Below, in pieces: positions 1-11,795 of a DNA stretch of 64,000 bases. Numbering within the stretch: position 1 is the first letter of the stretch; every line of letters starts with the position of its first letter. The notes below the pieces were generated by a model. The model worked only from the letters and a program-made list of their open reading frames with translations, did not search any database and was not told the origin of the DNA. The stretch comes from Anthoceros angustus (lineage: Eukaryota; Plantae; Anthocerotophyta), in contig MU008172.1 in assembly GCA_010909165.1 (NCBI GenBank), positions 496,001-560,000 of the forward strand, given 5' to 3'. The position numbers were made by a program, and so were the translations under genes.

Positions 1-73
1 TCTTCGTTACTTGGATCAGCTATATCTAGCTAAGCAATATGACGGGCACAACCTTTTGCTTTGCTCTATGTAG

Positions 74-105
74 AACAGCGTCTGTTTAGAAAGGGGTTTC
101 TCCTG
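74..105 (+). repeat. Left TIR aacagcgtctgtttagaaaggggtttctcctg
   Basis: Exact reverse complement of 11796-11827. Confidence 0.95.
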
Positions 106-773
106 TCAAAAGGGGTTTTGGAAAAAATCCCAACCCTCTTTCGCCGGAAACTGAAGTTGGTTTGGTTTTTGTTGGTTTTTGTAGGTAAACAGACTCCGCG
201 CAATATCGGCGGATTCTTGAAAGCCTCTTTTGCGCTTTGGGCGGAGGTTGCCACCCCTTTCTCATATCAAGCAAAACACGTGTTTTTAAAAGAGATGTCT
301 TTGAATGGCGAGTTCCACTTAGAACAATGTAAGTAATATCGAGGTTTTTCCATGTATGCACACTTTTGTTTGGTCGCGGTCGTCCGTGCCACCCTTAGAC
401 TTACTGGGAAAGGGCAGAGTGCCAAGACTATGGGTCCAAAACACGTAATATGCATTCAAATCAAAGTCGCATTTTCCACGAAGGGTCAAAACGGAATTAT
501 ACCGGTCAGCGGACGAGCCCCTCATCTACAAGTCACAGCTACCCAAAGGGTCATCTACTTCAACCAAATTGAGCTCGAATCGCACCGTTTCTACATTTTC
601 CAAATCCACGCCTTTGTGTCACCAAAGTCATCGCCTTCAACCGCAAAACAAAACGCCGGAGCCTGCTGGTGGTAGTGTGCCGTTTTCATCCCATATTGTC
701 AATGCCGGTTGGTCTTCAACCGCCGGCCGTCTGGGTCCTGGAGTCCTTCATTCGACCCTTCTTTCCAAGCAAG

Positions 774-1638
774 CTATACACTTGCATTTTCGCCAATGCC
801 TCCGTCTGCATCTCCTTTGCCCAAAACTTGCTGTGGCCCCGAAAACTTATCTGTTATTTCTTGAACTCGTCCGTACCGCCCAACCTGCTCACTGCCAGAC
901 ATATACATTGAGCATCGTGCGTCTTTGTCAATGGCCACAACGTTCCTTTTCCGTTGTATCCGGCCACCAAAATGATCCCGATCCCGCAAAGGCCAACAAT
1001 CCGATCGTCTTCGTTGGAGAACATGTTCACCAACATGCCTAATAAGCCCACGTGTTCGATATGGCGATACGACCATCTTATCACCGGTGGTAAATCGCCT
1101 TCTTCACCACAGTCCCATGTCGGATAACTCTTGGCAGCACCTGTTTGATGTCTTTGCCGGGAAAAAGAGGAGCTTTTCCGACATTGGACTCTGTCCTCAC
1201 TGCTCTTCCCACTGTCAAATATTCCACTGTTTCCACAGCACCACTGTTAGGTGGGATGTTGGTTTTCTCCCATACCAGGGTCTGAATGACTTCTTTCCTG
1301 CACCAAGACCTCAAAGCCTCCCTGGCTTGAATCACCCCATCCACCCCATGCATAAGAATTATCCGGAACACATCGCTCGTGGTCTTCTCGTTGAAAGAGC
1401 TGATGATCTCTTTCAATTCTTCTTCAACGAAAGCCTTGTCATTCTCATGCTGTAAACCTCGAGGGAGGTCGCAGAAAAGAAGAGTATACCTCCTCGGTGG
1501 CAAAAATCCTTTCATATCCAAAATGTCTCGATGCACCACCGATATGCCACTTTGTCCAAGACCTGTGCACTCAAACCGCCACCGCATCCATGTCCTTGTC
1601 GGCCATTTGTTTTCGCTCTTCTTCCATCCGCTTCCCAT
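774..1638 (-). pseudogene. Beta-class N4-cytosine/N6-adenine DNA methyltransferase domain, frameshifted
   Basis: Minus-strand motifs in beta-class order: LLFCDLPRG (motif IV-like, 1470-1459), LVWEKTN..., VEYLTVGR, SPY..RGLIR/MLVNMFSNEDDRIV, AFAGSGS (motif I FxGxG, 990-976), LVAGYN, RNVVAIDKD. Reading all motifs needs several 1-bp frame changes. Confidence 0.8.
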
Positions 1639-1945
1639 GCGCTATAAACAAAATCTTGGAAAGGTTTTGGCGAGCTTTCAAATCCTCAATGTCTCCGGTT
1701 TACGCAAGCAGCGAGGCGGTGGTCGACAACTCATTGACAGAAGTGGAGGCGCCGCCGCGCACGATTGTGGCGCGGCCACCGGCGACTCCACCATGAACCG
1801 GCGGGCAATGCGTGGAGGCGCCGCTGGGCCGGTCGACTGGCGCACCGACCGCACCGCGCTGCGCCACGCACAAAAACAGAGAGTGGCGCCCGGCCACGGC
1901 GATTGCACTCACCGACCGCGACTCCCCAACGAATACACTCACTTA

Positions 1946-3680
1946 CCACTTCGCAAAAGTCGCTTGAACTTCGCCAATTCCTTGGCCTCGGTATGTTGGG
2001 AAGCTGTTTGGCGACTTTGAAGGTCGACACTTCATAGCCTTCGAAGGCATGCTCGATAAGGTTAATCTTCTTCCTGCCAACATCGTATCCATATCTTTTA
2101 GCTGCGGTTTCCTTGGATGACCTTCGGGTCACTATCAACATCTCTTCACCTTCTCGTCCTTCGGGACTCCTTGAATGCTCTCCATGCCCTTCCGAGCATT
2201 GGAGCCGGACGAGGGGCTTAGGACCGGGCACTGCTGTAGTTGGGTCTTGTGGCTTCCGCCGCCGCTGCCGTCCGACTGCGGCCGCCGCCTGGGAGTTCGC
2301 ACTTCTCCCACATCCGGAAAATGGTGTCCACGTTCTCCCACAATTTACCCACCTCGCAATCCTCAAGCAGTCTTCCATCCACCATCTTCTCGTACATAAT
2401 GGTCCTTGAGTTCCTCCAAAGATCCCCAAAGAACTTGTACACATTGAACTTCCCGCATCGGTTTTCCATCGGTGTGTCCGTGCCAAATCTCAAGCTCATC
2501 ATGTATGTAGCGACTTGTTCAATAAAACCAAGCTTCTTCCTCTTGTCGCATACACATTGTGATCAACCCAAGACCCGTGATTTCCCAAGCTCATATACAT
2601 GGCCCTCAAGCCATTGAAATTTATCTTCCGCGGATACATTTCGCATGTTGTCTGGCGATGCGATAGCAATGGTTCCCTCCAGCACCCCTAGGGTGTAATG
2701 GGCTCGATCTCCTCCGGTGCATCTTCTTTCTTCAAAACCGGTCTTTGGATCAATCATGCACAAAAGTGGGAGCGTCCCTTCCTTCACAGGACTGCGCATC
2801 GTCGAACAAGGCACTTCATCCATGCCTCATCCACCTTCCTTATCTCGAGCATCCGCCGTTAGAAATGAAGCGACGTGAAAAGTAAATGTGAATGTCGAAT
2901 GTTGTGGTTTGCACCCGCTTCTTGTAGGCCCGAGTGCGAACCATCTCCGATAGTCATCCTCCTGCGAAAGGAGCTCCGATCGTTCGGCATCGTGGTCGTC
3001 CGCAACCTCTTCTCTGCATGCTTCCTCGACTTCCTTAATTTTTCCGCCTCGCCCACTCTTCTCCATCACCAGCGAGATCTTGCCTTCCTCTTTCGCTTGA
3101 TTGGTGTGCTCTGCATGGAAATCAAAACAAGATGCTTCAATTCTTACATGGGTTCGAATTGCGGAGGGCGAGTTAGGAGCATTCTTACCAGCCATTCGCC
3201 TTCTCATCTTCACGAGACTGGAGCTGGATTCCCTTCTTCTTCTTTCTGGCGCCGGGCCGCTGCGACCGTCCTCTCTGACGAGGAGGGTCACCTCCTCCTC
3301 AAAAGCCTCGATTCAAGACCCCGAGGCTGGACATGTTGCGAGCCATGGCGGCCGTCGAGCTCGCCTCCGCCGGACCACGAGGCCGAGATCGCTCCTCCTC
3401 TTCCGGAGAGCTCGGCTCGCCACCGGAACCTCGTCCTCCTCCATCTCCGGTTGCATAATCCGGGCATCGTTCTGCACACAACCCACCGGGCCTGACAAGC
3501 ACCATGCCTCGCACCGCCTCGCTGCCCGATCACCGCGTCGATCACTACACTGCTCTTCAGACCCCTTCGTGGAGTAGAAGCAAAATTGTTCTCCCCTGCT
3601 CATTTTAAAGAGGAAAACAATGAGTATACCAAAGATGCGAAACCCTAATCGAAAATGGGAAGTGATACATGGTGACATAC
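1946..3680 (-). pseudogene. N-terminal part of the methyltransferase gene: charged region plus ParB/Srx-like domain
   Basis: Co-directional ORF pieces upstream of the MTase: IRKVDE..(copy at 4653)/MRSPVKEGTLPLLCMIDP, a GNH motif after a frame change, WLEGHVY, KKLGFIEQV. This resembles the ParB pattern R..D...V..L..S....G.L.P.LV...G.H. Probable donor GTAAGT at 1946. Confidence 0.5.
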
Positions 3681-6447
3681 AACCGACTTACATCTTGAAC
3701 ACTTTTGGAATCACGCAAGGCCGATTTCAACTGGCCGGCTCACAACGAGGCATTATCTTGGCAGCATCCATTATCGCAGGAGATGTGTGTTGATGTCATC
3801 GTTTATGTGCAAATGAGGTTTCTTGGTGACCAAAAGCGTATGTGCATATCTTCGCCCATTCCGTCCCTTGTTGCATAGAATCCATCCACTCTTGCAGGAA
3901 TCCCCTCAATACCATTGTAACCGTTAATCCATAAGGCCGAGTGGAATCCAAGGCAGCCCGGATCTTGGGTTCTTCTTCCGCAACAACGCTCCACTCTTTA
4001 TGCATGTTGTACCGCGGAAGAGAATCGGAGCTTTTTCACCGAAAGCTGCTCCACAAAGTTAAAAGCATGAGGAATCGCGGTGCATTTCCACCGAGGTTGG
4101 TGCTCTCGGCCATCAATGTCTTCATATCCTCTCCGTTGAGTACCCTTTGAGGTGGACGTCCGGACACTACCATGAGAGGATTCTCTCAATTGCATAATAG
4201 CGGTGGGGTTCTGTTACCACATTCGCGGGGATGCATCCCCTCATCCTGACGCCCTTGCGCGCCGATCCTGCCGCTCTTGCACCGCCATCGCATTTTTCCG
4301 CCGCTCGATGCGTGGCGGCGCCTCCAACGCAGGGGGTCGATCTGCATGCTTATTGCTGTGGCGCCCTCGCGATCACCATCCCGCAATCTTCAAAACCTCA
4401 TGCGGGAAGTTGGCGGGAGGAAGTAAGAGAATTCGATCCGGACTCTCGAACTCTTGATGAAAAGGAGAGGCTCGAGCCTGGAAATGAAATATGGATGTTT
4501 GAACGCATCAACGGGATTACGATAAAGCCTTAACACCGCTAGTTACGCTAAACGGCTCAAGTTGTAGCAACTCACAACGAACACGGTCATCATTCATTTA
4601 ACCTCAAATGCCTAAAATAGGCCCATCACAAATTCGATGCATCCACCTCATCTTATGCCTCATCCACCTTCCTTATCGAGCATCTGCCGTTAGAAATGAA
4701 GCGGACGTGCGATGATGTGAATGTCGAATGTTGTGGTTTGCACCCGCTTCTTGTAGGCCCGAGTGCGAACCATCTCCGGATAGTCATCCTCCTGCGAAAG
4801 GAGCTCCATCGTTCGGCATCTCTGTCAGACAGCTTCCTCTTGCATGCTTCCTCGACTTCCTTAATTTTTCCGCCTCGCCCACTCTTCTCCATCACCAGCG
4901 AGATCTTGCCTTCCTCTTTCGCTTGATTGGTGTGCTCTGCATGGAAATCAAAACAAGATGCTTCAATTCTTACATGGGTTCGAATTGCGGAGGCGGGCGC
5001 GAGGAGCATTCTTACCGACCATTCGCCTTCTCATCTTCACGGACTGCAGGCCGGATTCCTTCTTCTTCTTTCTGTGCGCGGCTGCGGCGGTCTTCTGGAG
5101 GAGGGTCACCTCCTCCTCAAAAGCCTCATTCAAGACCCACAGGCTGGACATGTTGCGAGCCATGGGCGGCTCGTCGAGCTCGCCTCCGCATCGGACCGAG
5201 GCCGAGGCGCCTCCTCTTCCGGAGCTCGGCTCGCCACCGGGAACCTCGTCCTCCTCCATCTCCGGTTGCATAATCCGGGCATCGTTCGATGCACACACAC
5301 CGGCCGCTGATAGGCGGCGGTGCGTTCGCACCGCCTCGCTGCCCGATCACCGCGTCGATCACTACACCTCTTCTTCACCCTTCAGTGGCGAGTAGAACGC
5401 CAAAATTGTTCTCCCCATTCATTTTAAAGAGGAAAACAATGAGTAAACCGATGCGGCGAAACCCTAATCGAAAATGGGAAGTGATACATGGTGACATACA
5501 AATACATCTTGAACACTTTTGGAATCAGGCCGATTTCAACTGGGCGCTCACAACGACGAGGCATTATCTTGGCATCCATTATCGCAGGAGATGTGTGTTG
5601 ATGTCATCGTTTATGTGCAAATGAGGTTTCTTGGTGACCAAAAGCGTATGTGCATATCTTATTCATTATCCTGTGCACATAGAATCCATCCACTCTTGCA
5701 GGAATCCCCTCAATACCATTGTAACCGTTAATCCATAAGGCCGATGGTGGAATCCAAGGCAGCCACGGATCTTGGGTTCTTCTTCGCAACAACGCTCCAC
5801 TCTTTATGCATGTTGTACCGCGGAAGAGAATCACGGAGCTTTTTCACCGAAGCTGCTCCACAAAGTTAAAAGCATGAGGAATCGCGGTGCATTTCCACCG
5901 AGGTTGGTGCTCCCTCGCGGCCATCAATGTCTTCATATCCTCTCCGTTGAGTACCCTTTGAGGTGGACGTCCGGACACTACCATGAGAGGATTCTCTCAA
6001 TTGCATAATAGCGGTGGGGTTCTGTTACCACATTCGCGGGGATGCATCCCCTCATCCGTGCAGCGCCCGCGGCGATCCTGCTGCTCTTGCGGCCGCCAGC
6101 ATTTTCGCGCTTCGATGCGTGGCGGTCGATCTCCGCATGCTTATTGCTCCGTGGCGTCCTCGCGATCACCATCCCGCAATCTTCAAAACCTGCATGCGGG
6201 AAGTTGGCGGGAGGAAGTAATTCGTATCCGGACTCTCGAACTCTTGATGAAAAGGAGAGGCTCGAGCTTACGTGGAAATGAAATATGGATGTTTGAACGC
6301 ATCAACGGGATTACGATAAAGCCTTAACACCGCTAGTTACGCTAAAAGCGGCTCAAGGTAGCAGTTGGAGTCAACACGGTCATCATTCATTTAACCTCAA
6401 ATGCCTAAAATAGGCCCATCACAAATTCGATGCATCCACCTCATCTT
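2822..6447. repeat. Tandem duplication of about 1.8 kb (2822-4654 and 4655-6447)
   Basis: Both units start atgcctcatccaccttcc and end ...gatgcatccacctcatctt. Matching ORF fragments occur in both (e.g. AIRTHVRIEASCFDFHAEHTNQAKEEGKISLVMEKSGRGGKIKEVEEAC). Confidence 0.95.
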
Positions 6448-7289
6448 ATGCCATTTTCTAAGGATGTGGCTGCACTCTCATTCAAGGTCCATCGAACTGC
6501 TACGCCATCACCCCATCAATGCAACCGCAATTATAAATCATCCAACACCACACGGTACCACCTTATGTCACATGTCTATAATTGTGGGTGTGACTTTGAT
6601 CTTGATTCAAAGTGCGTTCTTCCTCGCATGCACGTAGCTCTTGAAAATTTGCCGATGTTGAAGCGGTGGAAGGAGTTCTTGAAGTCAAAGGACTTGGATG
6701 CTATCGGTCGGAACGCGAGATTCCTCCGATATGCAACACTCGGTCGAGGCATCAACCAGCGGTTCTACTTTGAAATGCCTATCGGCGCAAGGTATTCAAG
6801 TTGAAGAGGAGAACTAGATGAATGCGTCGCAAAACTCGTCGGAAATCGATTGCATTCAAAGGCTCTTGAACATGATTCCGGATGTGTGTTATTCGTCTGC
6901 AGTGCACGGCCTCCACCACTTCCGCACGCGATAAGCGCATCCATTCCAAGACACCGCCTGCGATTTGTTGGATTCCATTCACGGAAGTCCTTCTCCGCCA
7001 GATGCCGTACATCCCGACCATCCGCAAGACTACTCCTCCAGGAAGTGCTCCACGGACGACACCGGATGGATATGGCCGCTGGGGTGAATGCCAACTCGGT
7101 TTGCAGCCGGTTGTATCTAGAAGATACTGCTTCCACTGCCGGCCCCAAAGACGTTCGGTGGAACTGTTGTGGAGGAAGAGGACTCGATGATGGTGCATTT
7201 GAACATCCACCTCCAAAGGCGTACATACAATTTGAAGCCCGGTCCGAATCATTTATCGAGCATGGCGGACCACCACGTAGACGCAAGTG

Positions 7290-9480
7290 ACGGCAATCTA
7301 AAGTGCACGAGATGAAATGTGAAGAGGTTCGTATTACCGTGATTTTCGCAAAACTGTGGTAGACAATGCTTGAGGACAATAGGGAAGGCAACCTTTCGAG
7401 ATTTGAGGTATCGGTTCCTTAGAATGTGCGCGGGAGGCGGAGATGCACCTACAATCCCTTTTGATGTCGATTATGAGGCGATGGAAGGGTTAGGGTAGAC
7501 TCGTTTCTTGTCGGACGAGGAAAAGTGTATTGTTGTAGAGGCCTTGACGCGTTTATTGTATCGGGTCTAGCGCAGCGAAGAAGCAAAGCGAGCAATCGGA
7601 AACATTGCGTGGTCCGCCTTCCGCGAGGCGATCAATCGCGTCGCAACAGCCTCTGGGCGTGGATGAACCAACTGTTTATGCTTATTGCCGAGAGAATGCC
7701 AAACATTGAAGTGTATCACCTTCGACTCTTACTCAAAAGGCGAGGTGTTTCAAGAATACAAGCAACATATGCGCTGGCCAAGAAGATCTGATGTTTCTCA
7801 TTCCTACTTTTGTCGACTTTCGACTTCCACAAGGTGAAAATTCAAGAGCAATCGGTTTGCCTTGTGCACAACTGCGATTACCTCAAAGCGAAATATAAAG
7901 AGCGAGAAAAGCAGAGAAAAACAAGGTGAGGCTTGATGTGAAATTGTGTTTTGGCAGTGCGGTGGGGATGGTGCGCCGGTCACCGGCGCTGCAGGTTGTG
8001 CGCGCCACCGGCGGCGAAAGCGCCGGCCACCGGCACAATATACGCGCCGACCGGAGTAGTTTGAAGCGCCCGTCGGCGCAGACTCGGTTTATTGCTATCC
8101 TCCTTCCAGGCGCTTTTATTCCTCAATGTTGTTTGGGTGATTATTTTGCAGAAGCATTTGAAGGCGATCCGAGGCGAGTACCATCAAGTCGAGAGAGAAA
8201 ATGCATCAAGCACCGCGTGAAATGTTATGGAGACCCGGCAAAGTATATCGGGATATCCATCGACGGATGGACCAACGAGACACCGGCTTCCACATTTCAC
8301 GCGTTTACCCAAGGACTGCCGATGTAGGTTTTGATCGGCGTCCATGTTGTGGGGTGCATGATTTATAACTACACCATGTCGGCGGAACTCTTCATGGCAT
8401 ACGGAACATCCAACGATGCAAACTCGACTATAGCCAATATCCAAGATGTCATTTCAAATTACGAGGACTACTACCAAAGGTTCTTTATCTTCAACTCGAC
8501 AATCTGCACGGGAGAATAAGAATGCCGCTATTCGCTTACGAATATGTTGGTAGAGCTTAAGGTTTTGAGAAGGTAAAAGTAGGATTCCTCCGGTTGGGCA
8601 CACTCATGACCAGTTGACGGATGTTTTCGAGGTTTTCAAGTGCTTGCGAAGGAAGCTTTACGTTGCCCAAACCGACGGTATTTTGGAGAATGCATATACG
8701 CCCAAACCAAAAATTATGGAGGTGAAAGAAGTTCCGGACTTCAAAGTTTGTGTGGCCAATACCTTATGGTAAGGTCGGCTATAAAAGTTGTTGCAGGAAA
8801 GCACAATATATCTTTTCAAAGATTCAAAATAACCCGAGAACGCGAGGTGAGCGGACTTGTTGTGATGAGGGGCAAACAATATTCCACGATGAATACCGGT
8901 CACCGGACGAGGGTTTGGAGTTTTGAATAATGTCCCATCTACTCCTATTCAAGCTCGTTTGGTTCATTTGGAGGTAAAAAGCGGTTGCGGAGGAGAGATC
9001 CGAAGAAGTCTTGCAAAGAATGCGTGGGAAACTAGAGGAAAACTCGGGACCCATTTGGGCGCAGTGAGGATATTTGGTGGGAGGAATTCCGAGCAATCAC
9101 CATCGTGGACAAGATAGCATGTGAGCATGCCGAGGAATTGAAGACCCCTTGGCAATGGTACGATAGAACACATAATGAAGAGTTGCATCGCCTTTGGTTG
9201 TACAGTGAGATTTTACAGATCCAATCGTCGCAAGTGCCCCGACATGTATGGATGTACTGGCGGATGATGCGAAGGCGGAACAAGAAAGCTTGAACGGCGA
9301 TGTGTTGGAGATACAAACAGTCACATGATTGCGGTGCCTTGTGAGAGATGTCGATAATCGACCATTCTCGCTCGCAAAAGTTCTGGTGGACTTCCAATGT
9401 GACGCCCATTCATTAAAGTCCATTGGTGGGTGACTAAATGCACCGACGCATTTGAAGGCGGTACCTAGAGGAGATGATTT
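7290..9480 (+). pseudogene. Sola-like (DUF7869-type) DDD transposase, frameshifted, one intron
   Basis: Fragments: CGRQCLRTIG, WMNQLFMLIAERMPN, FALCTTCDYLK, KYIGISIDG, VHVVGC, LPKVLYLQLDN..ENKN, EKVKVGFL.VGHTHDQ.D.MFS, PWQWYDR, HMIAVPCE, VHWW...AFEG. Intron 7926-8151 (CAAG|gtgagg...ttttgcag). Confidence 0.85.
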
Positions 9481-10687
9481 TACGATCGCCCACCAACGCT
9501 CGTGGGGTCGCTCTCAACGACGGAGCATGAGGTTGCGGAAACACGTCGACAAATTGCTTCTTCGACACATTCATCTTGGCATACGGGTTTTCTCTAACAA
9601 AGCGAAGCAACTAAATGCAAGGACGAACCATAATACGGAAAAACATGTACGTTTTGCGCCTGCGCGGGAGGAAGCTCGGAACATATGGAAGGAAGGGACG
9701 TCATGGATAATGGCGTTGCGAAGATGTTGCATCCAAGGCGAGGACATTGAAACACTTGATGAACATGGTTCATGGAGTTCGATTAGTTAGTTTTCGATTG
9801 ACCATGGACTCCTACTAGTGCGGAAGGTATGCCGGGGCCGCACTTCCAGGAGTGGATAGGTTGTGTGTTCCCCATGGACATAAACGGCTTAACCAAGTGC
9901 GAGTATGGGCACACAAAATGACGGTACAACACTTTGCGATTATGTTCCAAATCGGCCAAAACCGTGTCTCTATTCGATGGACCTTATTTTTTAGGACAAC
10001 ACATGATAAGACCGGCTACGACAAATGTTCAAACGCATCCACAGTTCGTCCCACACTTTTCCAAGTTTTGGAGGAATGAATTCAAAGACAATAATTTTTT
10101 GGCCACGTTCTTTTCCGGTCACGAAAAGTGGATGCCAAATTTCTTCAAAACCATAATAACGTACATGGTTTCGGGACATGCTTTTTGAATATGATGATGG
10201 GAAAGTTTATCGCTTTTGCCCGGAGCCAATTCAACTAATCCGATATTGCGCGTATTAATCGTTGGTATTCATCCATCGGTTTCGGGCATTCTCGGCCCGC
10301 ACCACTTCTTGTCGAGTCATTTACATCACCGGCGCCTTATACTCGAGTTCATGGCGATTTAGTCGGTGTGATGAAGGGCCAAATGACCTCATTGTTCCAT
10401 AATTTCGTCATGTCCATAGTTTACGCATTTTGTGTGGTTTTGTATGTTTGTATACTGGGGGCCTAGGCGCCGCATAAGTGCGTGCCTAAACAATGCTATG
10501 TGCAAACTTGTACATAATGTGCAAAAAGAACGCGAAAATGATCTTCTAATGGGGAAGCATGTCCTTTTGGCGTTCGAGGATGCCGAACTCCGACAAAATA
10601 ACAAGTAGCGACATCGCGGAGGTTCACCTAGACCACTCTTATATACCTATCCTATGCCCTAATGCGACGAAGAACACCCTTTATTTA

Positions 10688-10930
10688 CGGCGCGCACGCG
10701 CACCATGGGGCAGGCGCCACGCGCGCGCACCATGGGGCAGTGCGCGCACGCGCGCGCACCATGGGCAGGATGCCCGGTGCGCGCACTTGCGCCGCACCGA
10801 AAGGATGCCCGGTGCGCGCGCACCATGGGGCAGGATGCGGTGGGCGCACTGGGCGCGCACTGTGGGCAGGACAGCGCCGCACTTGCGCCGCACGGGGCAA
10901 GGAGGCCCAAGTGTGCACACGCGCACCCAA
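10688..10930 (+). repeat. CpG-rich subterminal array (GCGCGCACCATGGG / GCGCGCACTTGCGCCGCAC motifs)
   Basis: About five copies of gc(gc)gcaccatggg plus three of gcacttgcgccgcac-type motifs, about 900 bp inside the right TIR. Confidence 0.9.
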
Positions 10931-11795
10931 GGTCAAGAAGGGCTCGGGAGCATGAACCCAAATGGTTCATGCCTCCTAGTGCATTCCTAGGCAGTTCATC
11001 CAAAGAAAAAGAGCAAAAGTCTTTAAAACCCTAAAACCCTTAAAATTTACAAAAGTCCAGTTTTTCGAGTTTGGCACAAGCTGGCGCAAGATTGCTCTAA
11101 AATTTTGACAAATTTTTGCATTTTTGTATTTGTTTTGATATTTTTGTTGTTTTAAAGGGTTCCTTTTGGCGTTTTCAACCTTTTTGTGCAGCACCCTAAT
11201 GTGGATATGGTCTTATCTTTACTTAACCCTCATCTTTTTCTAGTGGTTAAAACTTTGAACTAGTAGTGAAAACCTTTTGCATCTTTTGAATCTAAAGACG
11301 CCCGGCCCACTTGCGCACCATGCCACTCTCATTCTCGCACTAGACGTGGATCAAGAGCATCAGGCCAAAGAAGATATTATTGTCCCAATGTCTAAGGAAC
11401 AAAGTCTTGTAAAATTCTCGGAGCGAGAGTATAGTCATAAGATTGACTAGTATGAATGAAAGGTAGGTGCAAACAAGTTTGCACCAAAATTACAAGCCCT
11501 AAAAACTCTAAATGTTTGTATCGTCCAACACCGCAATGATTGCGAGATGTTGGAGACTTTAGATGTATGCGCATAAGTTTGCAGTGCCCAGTCTAGTTTG
11601 AAAAAAGCCGAACGAGAATGGGACTTTAGGTTTTGCCACGTGCAATCTACAATCTCAAATAACGTGTATCAAAACAATTATTCAAAAGGTTGCGGGTAAC
11701 ATGTTTGCAGAGAAATATCAAAAAGCCTGATTATAGTGCGGATTTTTTCAAGTGCAAAAAGGGGTCCGGCCAAGTCCGTGTGCAAAAAGGGGTTT

